Below are positions 15,400 to 23,835 of a stretch of DNA of 25,271 bases, in pieces. Position 1 is the first letter of the stretch, and each line of letters starts with the position of its first letter. Below the pieces are notes generated by a model. The model worked only from the letters and a program-made list of their open reading frames with translations, did no database searches and had not been told where the DNA came from. Location of the stretch: the NCBI GenBank assembly GCA_938003985.1, contig CALKWZ010000014.1, forward strand, positions 1-25,271. Reading direction: 5' to 3'. Source of the DNA: an uncultured Verrucomicrobiota bacterium. Lineage in GTDB: Bacteria > Verrucomicrobiota > Kiritimatiellia > CAIQIC01 > Lenti-01. A program made the position numbers and the translations under genes.

Positions 15400-16748
15400 A
15401 GGTTCCGAGTTCTTCGCGCAAACGCTACTTGGGCGGAGCCGACTGGTGCGTGGCCGCGTTGCGGCAGGGCACCCTCGAAACCACGGGCAGGCCCATCACG
15501 TTCCACGTGGCGGTTTTCATCGCGGGGCGTCTCGATCCCGCCCGTCTCCAAGGTCGTTTCCAAGACTATTGCGCCCGTTTTCCGCTGCTTTGGGGCCGGG
15601 CCGCCCGCTGCTGGTGTCTGGCCCCGTATTGGAAAAGCCCGGCGAATTCCGCGGAGCGCAAGGCTCCTTTCCGGCACGTGGCGGACGGCGACGCAGCGAC
15701 TCCGGCCGCCGTGGCCCGCCGGATCGAAGAACTGGCCAACGATCCGGATCGTCTGCGCGGGTGCGCCGTTGCGTTGGAATTTCTGCAGGACGCCGCTGCG
15801 GCCGGCGCGCTCGTGTTTTCGTTCGACCATCTGTTGTTCGACGCGGCCGGCGCCGAGCGGTTCATCGACCTGTTCTGTCGATTTGCCGACGGTCGGGCGG
15901 CGGATGCCGAGTTCCCCGATCCGCAGGCGCCGGAGCCGGCGCACCTCGACCAATGGAGCAAGCGCTTCGCCAGCGGGCAGCAACTGAACCGCTCGCTGCG
16001 CGAATTGCTGCCCGGCGCGACCGCCAATCTGGAGTTGCCGGCAAATGCCCGGCGGCGTCCGTTCCGGTTCCGGGTCCTGTCCCTCACGGCGGAGGAAACG
16101 CGCCGCGCGCAGGAACAGGCGTTTGCGACGGCCGGCTACCTGATGTTCACGCCCTACGTGTTGGCCACGGCGGCCGCGACGTTCCAGCCGCGGTTCGCCC
16201 GGCGCGTCGCGCCCAACGCCGACTTCATCGTCACGGTTTCGACCAGCCGCCTGCGGCCGCCCGGCGAGCGCGCGCCGCACGTGTTTTTCAACGATCTCTC
16301 GTTTCTCTATTTCGGATTTCCCGTGGCCGAAGCGGGGGAGCGCGACGAGTTGGCCCGGACCTTGCGCGACCAGATGATCGCGCAGGTCAAGGCGGGCATG
16401 CCCGCCGCCGTAGAGGATTCCAACTTGCTCATGCGGATCTTGCCGCCGCGCGCCTTTTGGAAATTCATGTTCACGTTTTTCCGCAACCGGCTGTCGTCGT
16501 TCGCGCTGACCTGTCTGGGCGATCCCTTGCTCAAGACGAACAGCGTTCTGGGCGGCACGATCCGCACCCACGTCCATTTTCCCGTCATTCCCGTGCCGCC
16601 GGGCTTGGGGCTGATCCTGAACCGCAGCGGCGACGTTTACCACGTCGTGTTGTCCTATTTGGAGGGCGTCCTGTCCGAAGACGAAGTCGCGACGTTGCTG
16701 GACGAATTTCGCCAGCGCTTGCTCAACGGAGCTTCGCCGGAGCCATGA
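15396..16748 (+). CDS. Condensation-domain-like / CoA-dependent acyltransferase superfamily protein
   Basis: 450 aa; FHVAVFIAGRLDPARLQGRFQDYCARFPLLWGR; FSFDHLLFDAAG resembling the HHxxxD active-site region. Confidence 0.6.
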   Translation: MKVPSSSRKRYLGGADWCVAALRQGTLETTGRPITFHVAVFIAGRLDPARLQGRFQDYCARFPLLWGRAARCWCLAPYWKSPANSAERKAPFRHVADGDAATPAAVARRIEELANDPDRLRGCAVALEFLQDAAAAGALVFSFDHLLFDAAGAERFIDLFCRFADGRAADAEFPDPQAPEPAHLDQWSKRFASGQQLNRSLRELLPGATANLELPANARRRPFRFRVLSLTAEETRRAQEQAFATAGYLMFTPYVLATAAATFQPRFARRVAPNADFIVTVSTSRLRPPGERAPHVFFNDLSFLYFGFPVAEAGERDELARTLRDQMIAQVKAGMPAAVEDSNLLMRILPPRAFWKFMFTFFRNRLSSFALTCLGDPLLKTNSVLGGTIRTHVHFPVIPVPPGLGLILNRSGDVYHVVLSYLEGVLSEDEVATLLDEFRQRLLNGASPEP

Positions 16749-17914
16749 AGCCCAAGGTCGAGCGCTGCGACGTCGCGATAGCCGGTGCGGGGACGGCCGG
16801 CATCGTGGCGGCGCTCGCGGCGGCCCGCGGCGGGGCCCGCGTGGTTCTGATCGAAGCCGGCCATCGGGTTGGGGGCATCGCGATCCATGGCCTGCACCGG
16901 TTTGTCTGCGGCCTGTTCCGGAACGGCGGCGCGCGTCCCGGCGAGCCGCTGCACGGATCCGCGACCATGGAATTCTGCCGGCGGCTGGCCGGCGGCGATC
17001 CGGAGCAACTCGCCGTGCGGCGGGGACGGGTCTGGCTGTTGCCGTTCGCAGGCGGCGAGGCGTTGGCGGCCTGCGCGGAAGCGGAAATCGCCGGCTGCAA
17101 GAACATCCGGTTGATCGCAGGCGATCCGGTCGTTCGCGCGGAGCGCGCCGGGAATGGGCTGACGGAAATCGGCTTGGCTTCGGGGCTCGTGATCCAGCCC
17201 GCATGGGCGATCGATTGCACCGGTTCCGCCGCGTTGTGTCGGTTGGCGGGCGCGCAGGTCGATTGGCCGGAGCGGCCCGCCATGGCCGGATACGGATTCG
17301 AAGTGGAGGCTGCCGACGAATCCAAGGCCGGACCGCTGGGCTTGACCCTGGCGGTGCCGTATCTGTTGCGGCAGGCGGCGGATGCCGGCCGGCTCGCGCC
17401 CCATCTGGCCTATGCGACCTGGGAGCCGGCCGGAAAGACGGGGCAGGGATGGATCAAGTTGGCGTTGCCGGCGGCTGCCGTTTCCCGGGCCCGGGAACAG
17501 GCGGATGCCGTTTGGGATCTGTTGAAAACCTCGCCGGTTTTTGCCCACGCCCGCATCCGGCGCCACGTGCCAACTCCCTTGGTCCGGGAAACCGGCCATT
17601 TGCGCGGCGAGCACGTGCTGACGGAAAACGACGTGCTTTGTGCCCGGGATTTTCCGGACGCGGTTGTCCACAATGCCTGGCCCATCGAGAGATGGGAAGA
17701 AGGGCAAGGGGTCTCGTATCGCTACCTGCCCGATGGCCGGGCGCATGGCATCCCGTTGCGGTGCCTGCGGCCGCAAGGCGGGCCCGGCAACTTGCTCTGC
17801 GCCGGCGCGGCCATTTCGGCGGAGCCCGCCGCCGCCGCATCCCTGCGCGTCATGGGCGTCTGCATGGCGCTGGGCGAGGCCGCCGCGCGGCATTGCCTTG
17901 CGCCGGCGCGATGA
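16745..17914 (+). CDS. FAD-dependent oxidoreductase
   Basis: CDVAIAGAGTAGIVAALAAARGGARVVLIEAGHRVGG; C-terminal LLCAGAAISAEPAAAASLRVMGVCMALGEAA. Confidence 0.85.
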   Translation: MKPKVERCDVAIAGAGTAGIVAALAAARGGARVVLIEAGHRVGGIAIHGLHRFVCGLFRNGGARPGEPLHGSATMEFCRRLAGGDPEQLAVRRGRVWLLPFAGGEALAACAEAEIAGCKNIRLIAGDPVVRAERAGNGLTEIGLASGLVIQPAWAIDCTGSAALCRLAGAQVDWPERPAMAGYGFEVEAADESKAGPLGLTLAVPYLLRQAADAGRLAPHLAYATWEPAGKTGQGWIKLALPAAAVSRAREQADAVWDLLKTSPVFAHARIRRHVPTPLVRETGHLRGEHVLTENDVLCARDFPDAVVHNAWPIERWEEGQGVSYRYLPDGRAHGIPLRCLRPQGGPGNLLCAGAAISAEPAAAASLRVMGVCMALGEAAARHCLAPAR

Positions 17915-17922
17915 GCTATACT
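17893..17922 (+). promoter_or_regulatory. Candidate promoter upstream of the 17952 gene
   Basis: TTGCCT (17893-17898), 18-nt spacer, TATACT (17917-17922), followed by an AT-rich leader and GGAG before ATG 17952. Confidence 0.45.
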
Positions 17923-17951
17923 TCTCTTAACAATACAACCGGAGAAGACCG

Positions 17952-18494
17952 ATGAAAACATCCCTGAAAACGATCTTTGTTGCGTTGATTGCCGTTGTCG
18001 CCCTCGTTGCCGTCGGATGGGCGGACGAAGTCGTCGGCAAGGTGACCGACACGGGATTCGGATCGTTCATGCTCGACGACGCCGGCACGCTGCGGCAATT
18101 CAATCTGTCTTCGCGGAACACCGCCTACGAGCCGACGAGTTGGCGGCCTACTTCCGGGGATGAAATCCGCGTGGCCTACACGCCCATTCAAAATCGGCGC
18201 GGAACGACGGTCTTGGCGGTGGATCAAGCCACCTTGGTCAAAGCGGGTCCCCACACGCTCGTCGACTTGGCCAGTCCCGTCGAAGTTGAAATCACCGAAA
18301 CGGGCCGCAGCGGCATCCGCGGCAAGATCCCCAGCGGCCAGATCGTGCGGTTCGCCTACGACCGCGGCGTGCAGCGGATCCCGGCCGGCTGGGTGCCCGT
18401 CGTCGGCGAAAAAGCCCGCGTAACCTTCCGTCTGGACGCCGAGCGCGGCTTCACCGTCGGATATTGGGCGCAAAACCTCGAAAAGCTGCCGTAG
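17952..18494 (+). CDS. Secreted hypothetical protein, about 180 aa
   Basis: Clear signal peptide MKTSLKTIFVALIAVVALVAVGWADE; two similar halves suggestive of small beta-barrel (OB-like) domains; SD GGAG upstream. Confidence 0.75.
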   Translation: MKTSLKTIFVALIAVVALVAVGWADEVVGKVTDTGFGSFMLDDAGTLRQFNLSSRNTAYEPTSWRPTSGDEIRVAYTPIQNRRGTTVLAVDQATLVKAGPHTLVDLASPVEVEITETGRSGIRGKIPSGQIVRFAYDRGVQRIPAGWVPVVGEKARVTFRLDAERGFTVGYWAQNLEKLP

Positions 18495-18630
18495 TCGACC
18501 ATTCCGGCCGGTTTCGGGTCTTTTTGCGGCCGGATCGGATTCCGGCGGCCATTGCTAGAATGCCGTTGCGGGCGGGGCGGGTTTGGCATATGTTTTCTCG
18601 ACGCTATTTTTGCCATTTCCGCTGTCCCAA

Positions 18631-20115
18631 ATGAGTTGCGCATCACTATTGTTCGGCCAGGAATTCTCCCCGGAGGAGATCGCCCAAACCAAGGCCGCCC
18701 ATGGCCTCCTGACCATGGAAGTCGAAGTCGGGACGGCCTGCAATTTCCGCTGCAAGTACTGCTACGTCGGCGACGGGAATTCCGTCGGCAACGGCAAATG
18801 CGCGGAATTGTCGCTGGACGAAATCCGCGACGTGATCGGGCAGGCCCAGGCGCTGGGGGCGCGCAAAATCATCCTGCTGGGCGGCGAACCCATGATCTAC
18901 GGTTTCACGCCGGAACTGTGCGAATGGATCCGCGGACGCGGCCTGGGCGTCGAGCTGTTCACCAACGGCACGAACATGACCGCCGAGATGGCCGCGCGGC
19001 TGTTCAAGCTGGGCGTGCACGTGGTCCTGAAATGGCATACCTCCGACCACCAGATCCAGGATTGGCTGGCGGGAGTGCCGGGCGCGGCCGCCATCATGTC
19101 CGACGCTTATCGCCATTTGCGCGCCGCCGGCTATCCCTCGACGGAGGCGAAGATGGCCTTGAGCACGGTGATCTGCCGCCAGAACGTCGCGGAACTGCCC
19201 AGCCTCTGGAAATGGATGCGCACCGAGGGCATCGAGCCGTATTTCGAGATGATCACCCCGCAAGGCCGCGCGCGGAACAGCGCCCACGACCTGTCGCCTT
19301 CGGTCGAAGAAGTCCGGCAGTTGTTCGAGACGATCCGCACGATCGATCGCGACCAATTCGGGCGGACTTGGGAAGCGCAGCCGCCGTTGGTCGGCAATGC
19401 CTGCCTGCGGCACTCGTTTTCCTGCTTGGTGGCGGCCTCGGGCGACGTCATGCCGTGCGTCGGGGTGTCGCTGCCGGTAGGCAACGTCCGCGAGCGGCCG
19501 CTGGCCGACATTTTGGCCGACAGCGAAGTCATCGCCGACCTGCGCGACCACGAAAACACCATCCAGGGCGCCTGCGGCGCCTGCGACAAGGCGGCGACCT
19601 GCTACGGTTGCCGCGGCGCGGCCTTCCAGTTGACCGGCAACTATCTGGGTTCGGATCCGCTTTGCTGGCGCAACCAGGCGGAAACCGTCGATTGCGGCCA
19701 GTTGCCGATCGATGCCGCGCGGCTGGTGCCGCATCAGGCGCCCGCCCGGATGGTCGCGGCGCTGGAGGCGGTGGGCGAACGGACCGCCACGGTTTCGGCC
19801 GTCATCGCGGACGACAATCCCCATTGCCGCGCGGGCCGGCTGGCGGAAGCGGCGCACGTCGAGTTGATGGCCCAGGCGGCGGCCGCCCTGCACGGGTATC
19901 GCTCCGCGACGCGGCCGGAGGCCGCTCCGCAGCGCGGGATGCTGGTCGGCGCCCGCAACCTGGAAATCCATGCGGACGTCCGCGTGGGCGATCGGCTGAC
20001 CGTGCGCCTGCACAAACAGGCCCGGCTCGGCACGTTCGGCGTGATCGACGCGGAAGTGCGCCGCGGCGAAACCGTGGTTTCGAAAGCGGAGCTGAAAACA
20101 TGGCACGCAGGATGA
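18631..20115 (+). CDS. Radical SAM/SPASM-type protein fused to a C-terminal hotdog (3-hydroxyacyl-ACP dehydratase-like) domain
   Basis: VGTACNFRCKYC (CX3CX2C), ILLGGEPMIYGF, Cys-rich SPASM-like CGACDKAATCYGCRG...DPLCW; then LPIDAARLVPHQAPARMVAALEAV...HVELMAQAAAALHGYR...GARNLEIHADVRVGDRLTVRLHKQ...FGVIDAEVRRGETVVSKAELKTW. Start could instead be further in (18712). Confidence 0.82.
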   Translation: MSCASLLFGQEFSPEEIAQTKAAHGLLTMEVEVGTACNFRCKYCYVGDGNSVGNGKCAELSLDEIRDVIGQAQALGARKIILLGGEPMIYGFTPELCEWIRGRGLGVELFTNGTNMTAEMAARLFKLGVHVVLKWHTSDHQIQDWLAGVPGAAAIMSDAYRHLRAAGYPSTEAKMALSTVICRQNVAELPSLWKWMRTEGIEPYFEMITPQGRARNSAHDLSPSVEEVRQLFETIRTIDRDQFGRTWEAQPPLVGNACLRHSFSCLVAASGDVMPCVGVSLPVGNVRERPLADILADSEVIADLRDHENTIQGACGACDKAATCYGCRGAAFQLTGNYLGSDPLCWRNQAETVDCGQLPIDAARLVPHQAPARMVAALEAVGERTATVSAVIADDNPHCRAGRLAEAAHVELMAQAAAALHGYRSATRPEAAPQRGMLVGARNLEIHADVRVGDRLTVRLHKQARLGTFGVIDAEVRRGETVVSKAELKTWHAG

Positions 20116-20744
20116 GCCGTCGGCCACGTCGGATGGCGGGACTGATCTGCGGCCTGCTCGCCGTTCAGGTCTCCCTCGCCGCGGAACCCGCAACCGACGT
20201 CTTGGGTCAGATGGAACAGGCCATGGCGGACGTCAAAACCGTCAAAACCCGTTTCGTGCAGGAAAAGAAGATGGCCCTGTTCAACCATCCGCTGGTCACG
20301 CGCGGCAGCATCTGGGTCGAACCGCCGGAGCACTTGCTCTGGCGGGTGGAAAGCCCGATGCAGTACGCCCTGGCGCTCGACGGCTCCCGCGTCCGGCAAT
20401 GGGACGGCGAGACCGGCAAAACGACCAGCCTGTCCATGGACGGCAATCCCGTCTTCGCCGCCGTCACCGAGCAGCTCAATGCCTGGTTCGGCGGGCGCTA
20501 TGGCCTGCTGGCCCAGGATTACGACGTCGAGCAGCAGGTCGCCGCGCCCGCCACGTTCGTCTTCGTTCCCAAGCCGACCGCGCCGTCCGCGAAAATGCTG
20601 AAATCGGTGACGGTCGTTTTCCGCGCGGACGCGCGCTACATCGCGTCCATCCGGATCGACGACCGCAGCGGCGACGTCACCACGCTGACGTTCACCGAGA
20701 CCGAGATCAACGTCCCCTTGGATCCGAAAGCCTGGGAGCTGTAG
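20112..20744 (+). CDS. LolA-like outer-membrane lipoprotein carrier family protein
   Basis: Signal peptide GLICGLLAVQVSLAAEP; VKTRFVQEKKMALFNHPLVTRGSIWVEPPEHLLWRVESP; ATGA overlap. Confidence 0.82.
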   Translation: MSRRPRRMAGLICGLLAVQVSLAAEPATDVLGQMEQAMADVKTVKTRFVQEKKMALFNHPLVTRGSIWVEPPEHLLWRVESPMQYALALDGSRVRQWDGETGKTTSLSMDGNPVFAAVTEQLNAWFGGRYGLLAQDYDVEQQVAAPATFVFVPKPTAPSAKMLKSVTVVFRADARYIASIRIDDRSGDVTTLTFTETEINVPLDPKAWEL

Positions 20745-23161
20745 TGGCCGGGCCGTTTCGGGACAAGCTGCGGGCGGGTCTGCGGCGGCGGTCGGCCGTC
20801 TTGGGCTTGGTCGCGCTGGTCTTGCTGCTGTCCGCTGCCGCGTTGCCGTTCAGGAGCTTCAACGGGCGCATCGACGTCATGCTGCCGGACCGTTCCGAAC
20901 TGCGGGACGTTTTCGGTTTTCTGCGCGACATCCACGTCGCCGACAAAGTGCTGGTGACGCTTTCCATGCGCGCCGGGACGGTCGATCCCGACGCGTTGGC
21001 CGCGGCGGCCGATGCCTACGTCGCCGGTCTCGATCCGGCCTGGGCCGCGCCTCTGGCGGCGGGGAGCCCGGTTGCCGACGTGGCGGGGGACTTCGACCGC
21101 TTGGCGCGGCGGTTGCCGGACTATCTCGCCGCGGAAGATCTGGCCCGATTGCGCGACGGCGCGGCGTCGGCCGCCGGCATCCGGGCCTCGCTGCAGGCCC
21201 TGAAAAGCCGCCTGCAACGCCCGGAAGGGATGTGGTCCGCCGTTGCCCCCGGAGCCGATCCGCTGGACTGGAACGGCCGGCTGGCGGCGGGCATCCTCCA
21301 TGCGGTGTCCTCCTTCGGCTACCGCGCGGTGCCGGTGGGCAACCATCTGATGGACCCGGAGCGGCGCCATCTGCTGCTGGTGCTGCAAACACCCGTCCTG
21401 ATGACGGATACGGCCCGGGGCCGCGGCCTGCTGGAGCATCTCGCCGCGCGCGCCGCGGAACTGCCGCCGACGGTCGAAGCGCGGCTCGTGTGCGGGCATC
21501 TGCATACCGCCGGCAACGAAACCCTCATCCGGTGGGACGTCCAACGCACCGCGCTGGCGATTTCCGCCGTTTTCCTGGCGCTCTTTTGGGGCGTTTACCG
21601 CGATCCGCGCGCGCTGGCGATCATGCTGATCCCGATGCTGGCCTGCGTGCCCGCGCTGGCGTTGGCGGCGGCGTTTTTCGAGAGTTTTTCCTTCATCGTG
21701 CTCGGGTTCGGTTCGGTGATCGCGGGTATTGCCGTGGATTACGGCATCCATAGCTACGTCGCGGCGCGCAGCGCGCAGCCCGACCGCAATCTGGCGGCCA
21801 TTCGCCGCCCGGTTGCGCTGAGCGCGCTGACCACGCTCTGCGTGTTCATCGCGTTCTGTTTTTCCAGCATTCCGGCCTATCGGCAACTCGGGGCGTTCGC
21901 TTCGTTCGCCATCGTGATTTCGCTGGTGTACGCCTTCTGGGCCTTGCCCCCGTTCGTGCGTCGGCGCGCAACTGCGGTGCCGGAGCCGGTGCCGGCGGCG
22001 AGGGGCAACGGCTCGCGAACGCAGGCCGCCTGGATCGCGCTGGTCGCGGCGGCGGCGTTGGCGGCGGGGATTGGCTTGCTGGCCCGGCTGTCGCTGGATC
22101 CGGACGTTTCCAAACTGGACGGCACGCCGCAAGCGGTTCTCGACGAGGAGGCCCGGGCCATGGCGATCTGGGGCGGGGGGCAATCCATGGCCGCCATCCT
22201 CGTCGTGGAGGCTCCGGACGAGCAGGAAGCCCTACATCTGAACGACCGGCTGTACGAGGATTTGCAGGCCGCCGGGTTGCCGGCTTCCGAAATGTCCAGT
22301 CTGGCACCGCTGTGGCCCTCCGCCGCGACCCGCCAGGCGCGCCGCGCGGCTTGGAACGAAGCGTGGACGGACGAACGCATCGCCGAATTGCGCCGGACGC
22401 TGGCGACGGAAGCCGCCGCGCTCGATTTCTCGGAAGCCGCCTTCGCCGCCTTCTGGGAGCGGTTCGCGGAGTGGCGGGACCTGGCCGCCGAACAGGAGTC
22501 CGTCGGTTTCCTGGAGCCGCTGCGCCGGCAATTCATCCACGCGCAGGACGGCAAGGTGCGCGTGACGACGTTCGTCCCCGACGAGCCGCGCTGGATCGCG
22601 GCGGCCCAGGAGTTGCAACAAGAGCTGGCGGCGCTGCGCGTGATTTCCAGACGGGCGTTTTCGGCGGACTTGTCCGCGGCGGTGCTCGGCGAAATGCTGC
22701 GGACGACGATCTGGGCGGGAACGTTCATCCTGCTTGCGACGGGGCTGGTGCTGCGGCGCGCCGGCATGCTGGCGCTGGCCATCCTCCCGGCCGTGGCCGG
22801 CATGGTCTGGGGCGGGGCGGGCATGGCGTTGTGGGGACTGTCGCTGAACGTGTCCAATCTGGTCGCGGGCATCCTGGTCTTCGGTTTGTGCATCGACTAC
22901 GGCATCTGCATGGCCTATGCCCAGCGGCGCGGGATGCGGCGCGACATGTCCCGCGCGGTGACGCTGTCGGCGCTGACGACGGCGCTGGGCGCGGCGGTGC
23001 TGTTGATCGCCGACCATCCGGCCTTCCTGGCGATCGGCATCACGCTGGTGTTCGGCGTGAGCGCGGGTTACGTCTACGCCCGGTGGGTGTTGCCGGCGCT
23101 GCAAATCCTGTTCCCGCGCCTCAATCCGCCCGATGAATGCGCGGCGGAGGAGGGCGCATGA
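20744..23161 (+). CDS. MMPL/RND-superfamily exporter
   Basis: GTG start overlapping the TAG stop; about 805 aa with two sets of clustered TM segments (e.g. ALAIMLIPMLACVPALALAAAFFESFSFIVLGFGSVIAGIAVDYGIHSY and VSNLVAGILVFGLCIDYGICMAYA). Confidence 0.9.
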   Translation: MAGPFRDKLRAGLRRRSAVLGLVALVLLLSAAALPFRSFNGRIDVMLPDRSELRDVFGFLRDIHVADKVLVTLSMRAGTVDPDALAAAADAYVAGLDPAWAAPLAAGSPVADVAGDFDRLARRLPDYLAAEDLARLRDGAASAAGIRASLQALKSRLQRPEGMWSAVAPGADPLDWNGRLAAGILHAVSSFGYRAVPVGNHLMDPERRHLLLVLQTPVLMTDTARGRGLLEHLAARAAELPPTVEARLVCGHLHTAGNETLIRWDVQRTALAISAVFLALFWGVYRDPRALAIMLIPMLACVPALALAAAFFESFSFIVLGFGSVIAGIAVDYGIHSYVAARSAQPDRNLAAIRRPVALSALTTLCVFIAFCFSSIPAYRQLGAFASFAIVISLVYAFWALPPFVRRRATAVPEPVPAARGNGSRTQAAWIALVAAAALAAGIGLLARLSLDPDVSKLDGTPQAVLDEEARAMAIWGGGQSMAAILVVEAPDEQEALHLNDRLYEDLQAAGLPASEMSSLAPLWPSAATRQARRAAWNEAWTDERIAELRRTLATEAAALDFSEAAFAAFWERFAEWRDLAAEQESVGFLEPLRRQFIHAQDGKVRVTTFVPDEPRWIAAAQELQQELAALRVISRRAFSADLSAAVLGEMLRTTIWAGTFILLATGLVLRRAGMLALAILPAVAGMVWGGAGMALWGLSLNVSNLVAGILVFGLCIDYGICMAYAQRRGMRRDMSRAVTLSALTTALGAAVLLIADHPAFLAIGITLVFGVSAGYVYARWVLPALQILFPRLNPPDECAAEEGA

Positions 23162-23835
23162 AACGGTTGCGGACCGGAGTCATGGTTATGGCCGGGCTGT
23201 GGCTGACGGGGTGCGCGACGGCGCCGTTCCAGCGGCCGGAACCGTTTGCGGCGACCGGACTCGCGCCGGAACGGGTTCCGGCGGCTTTCGCGGAACGCTT
23301 GGCGCCGCGCTACGAACAAGCGCAAGCTCTCGTGTTTCGCTTCTATCTGCGCGAAATCGCCGCGCTGGGCTATCTCTCCGTGGACGTGCCCGCCCGCTCG
23401 TTCGCGATGGCCTGCCTGAATCCGGTCGGCATCAAGTTGTTCGAGCTGGTCGGAACGAACGGCGAAGTCGAGGCCCGGTTCGTCGCGCCGGAAATCGAAA
23501 AGCACGGCGGCGAACTGGCGCAAGCGGCGGGGGCGGACTTGGCGCGGGCCTACTTCGATTGGCTGCCGCCGGCCGGCGCGACGTGCCGCCGCGCTAAAAA
23601 CCGGCTGATTTTCACCGCCGCGGATGCCGCGGGGCGCACGGAATACCGCTATGCCGGCCGCGACGGGTTTTTGGCCGAAAAAATCCGCATCGAAGCCGGC
23701 CGCGTTCGCTGGAAGGTGGACTATCGCGATTATCGCCGCGGCGCGGAGGGCTGGATCCCGACCGGACTGGTGATCCACAACCGGCGTTATGGCTATCGCC
23801 TGGTCGCCATCGCGAAAGAGTCGGAGGCTCCATGA
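23158..23835 (+). CDS. Predicted lipoprotein (DUF3261-like, as found in APE loci)
   Basis: Lipobox MAGLWLTGCATAP; ATGA overlaps at both ends; RNRLIF-type beta-rich body ending in GLVIHNRRYGYRLVAIAKE. Confidence 0.65.
   Translation: MKRLRTGVMVMAGLWLTGCATAPFQRPEPFAATGLAPERVPAAFAERLAPRYEQAQALVFRFYLREIAALGYLSVDVPARSFAMACLNPVGIKLFELVGTNGEVEARFVAPEIEKHGGELAQAAGADLARAYFDWLPPAGATCRRAKNRLIFTAADAAGRTEYRYAGRDGFLAEKIRIEAGRVRWKVDYRDYRRGAEGWIPTGLVIHNRRYGYRLVAIAKESEAP

Noticed and set aside
14841-17204. 787-aa minus-strand ORF
   Set aside because: Antisense to the KSbeta, ACP3 and condensation-like genes. Low-complexity Arg/Ala/Gly/Pro composition typical of third-position GC bias and no family motifs.
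18495-18582. Possible rho-independent terminator after the secreted protein gene
   Set aside because: CCGGCC...GGCCGG pairing encloses a long loop containing the T-run rather than being followed by one, so it does not fit a standard terminator.
20636-22183. 515-aa minus-strand ORF antisense to the exporter
   Set aside because: Arg/His/Gln-rich translation without motifs; an artefact of the high-GC coding sequence opposite.
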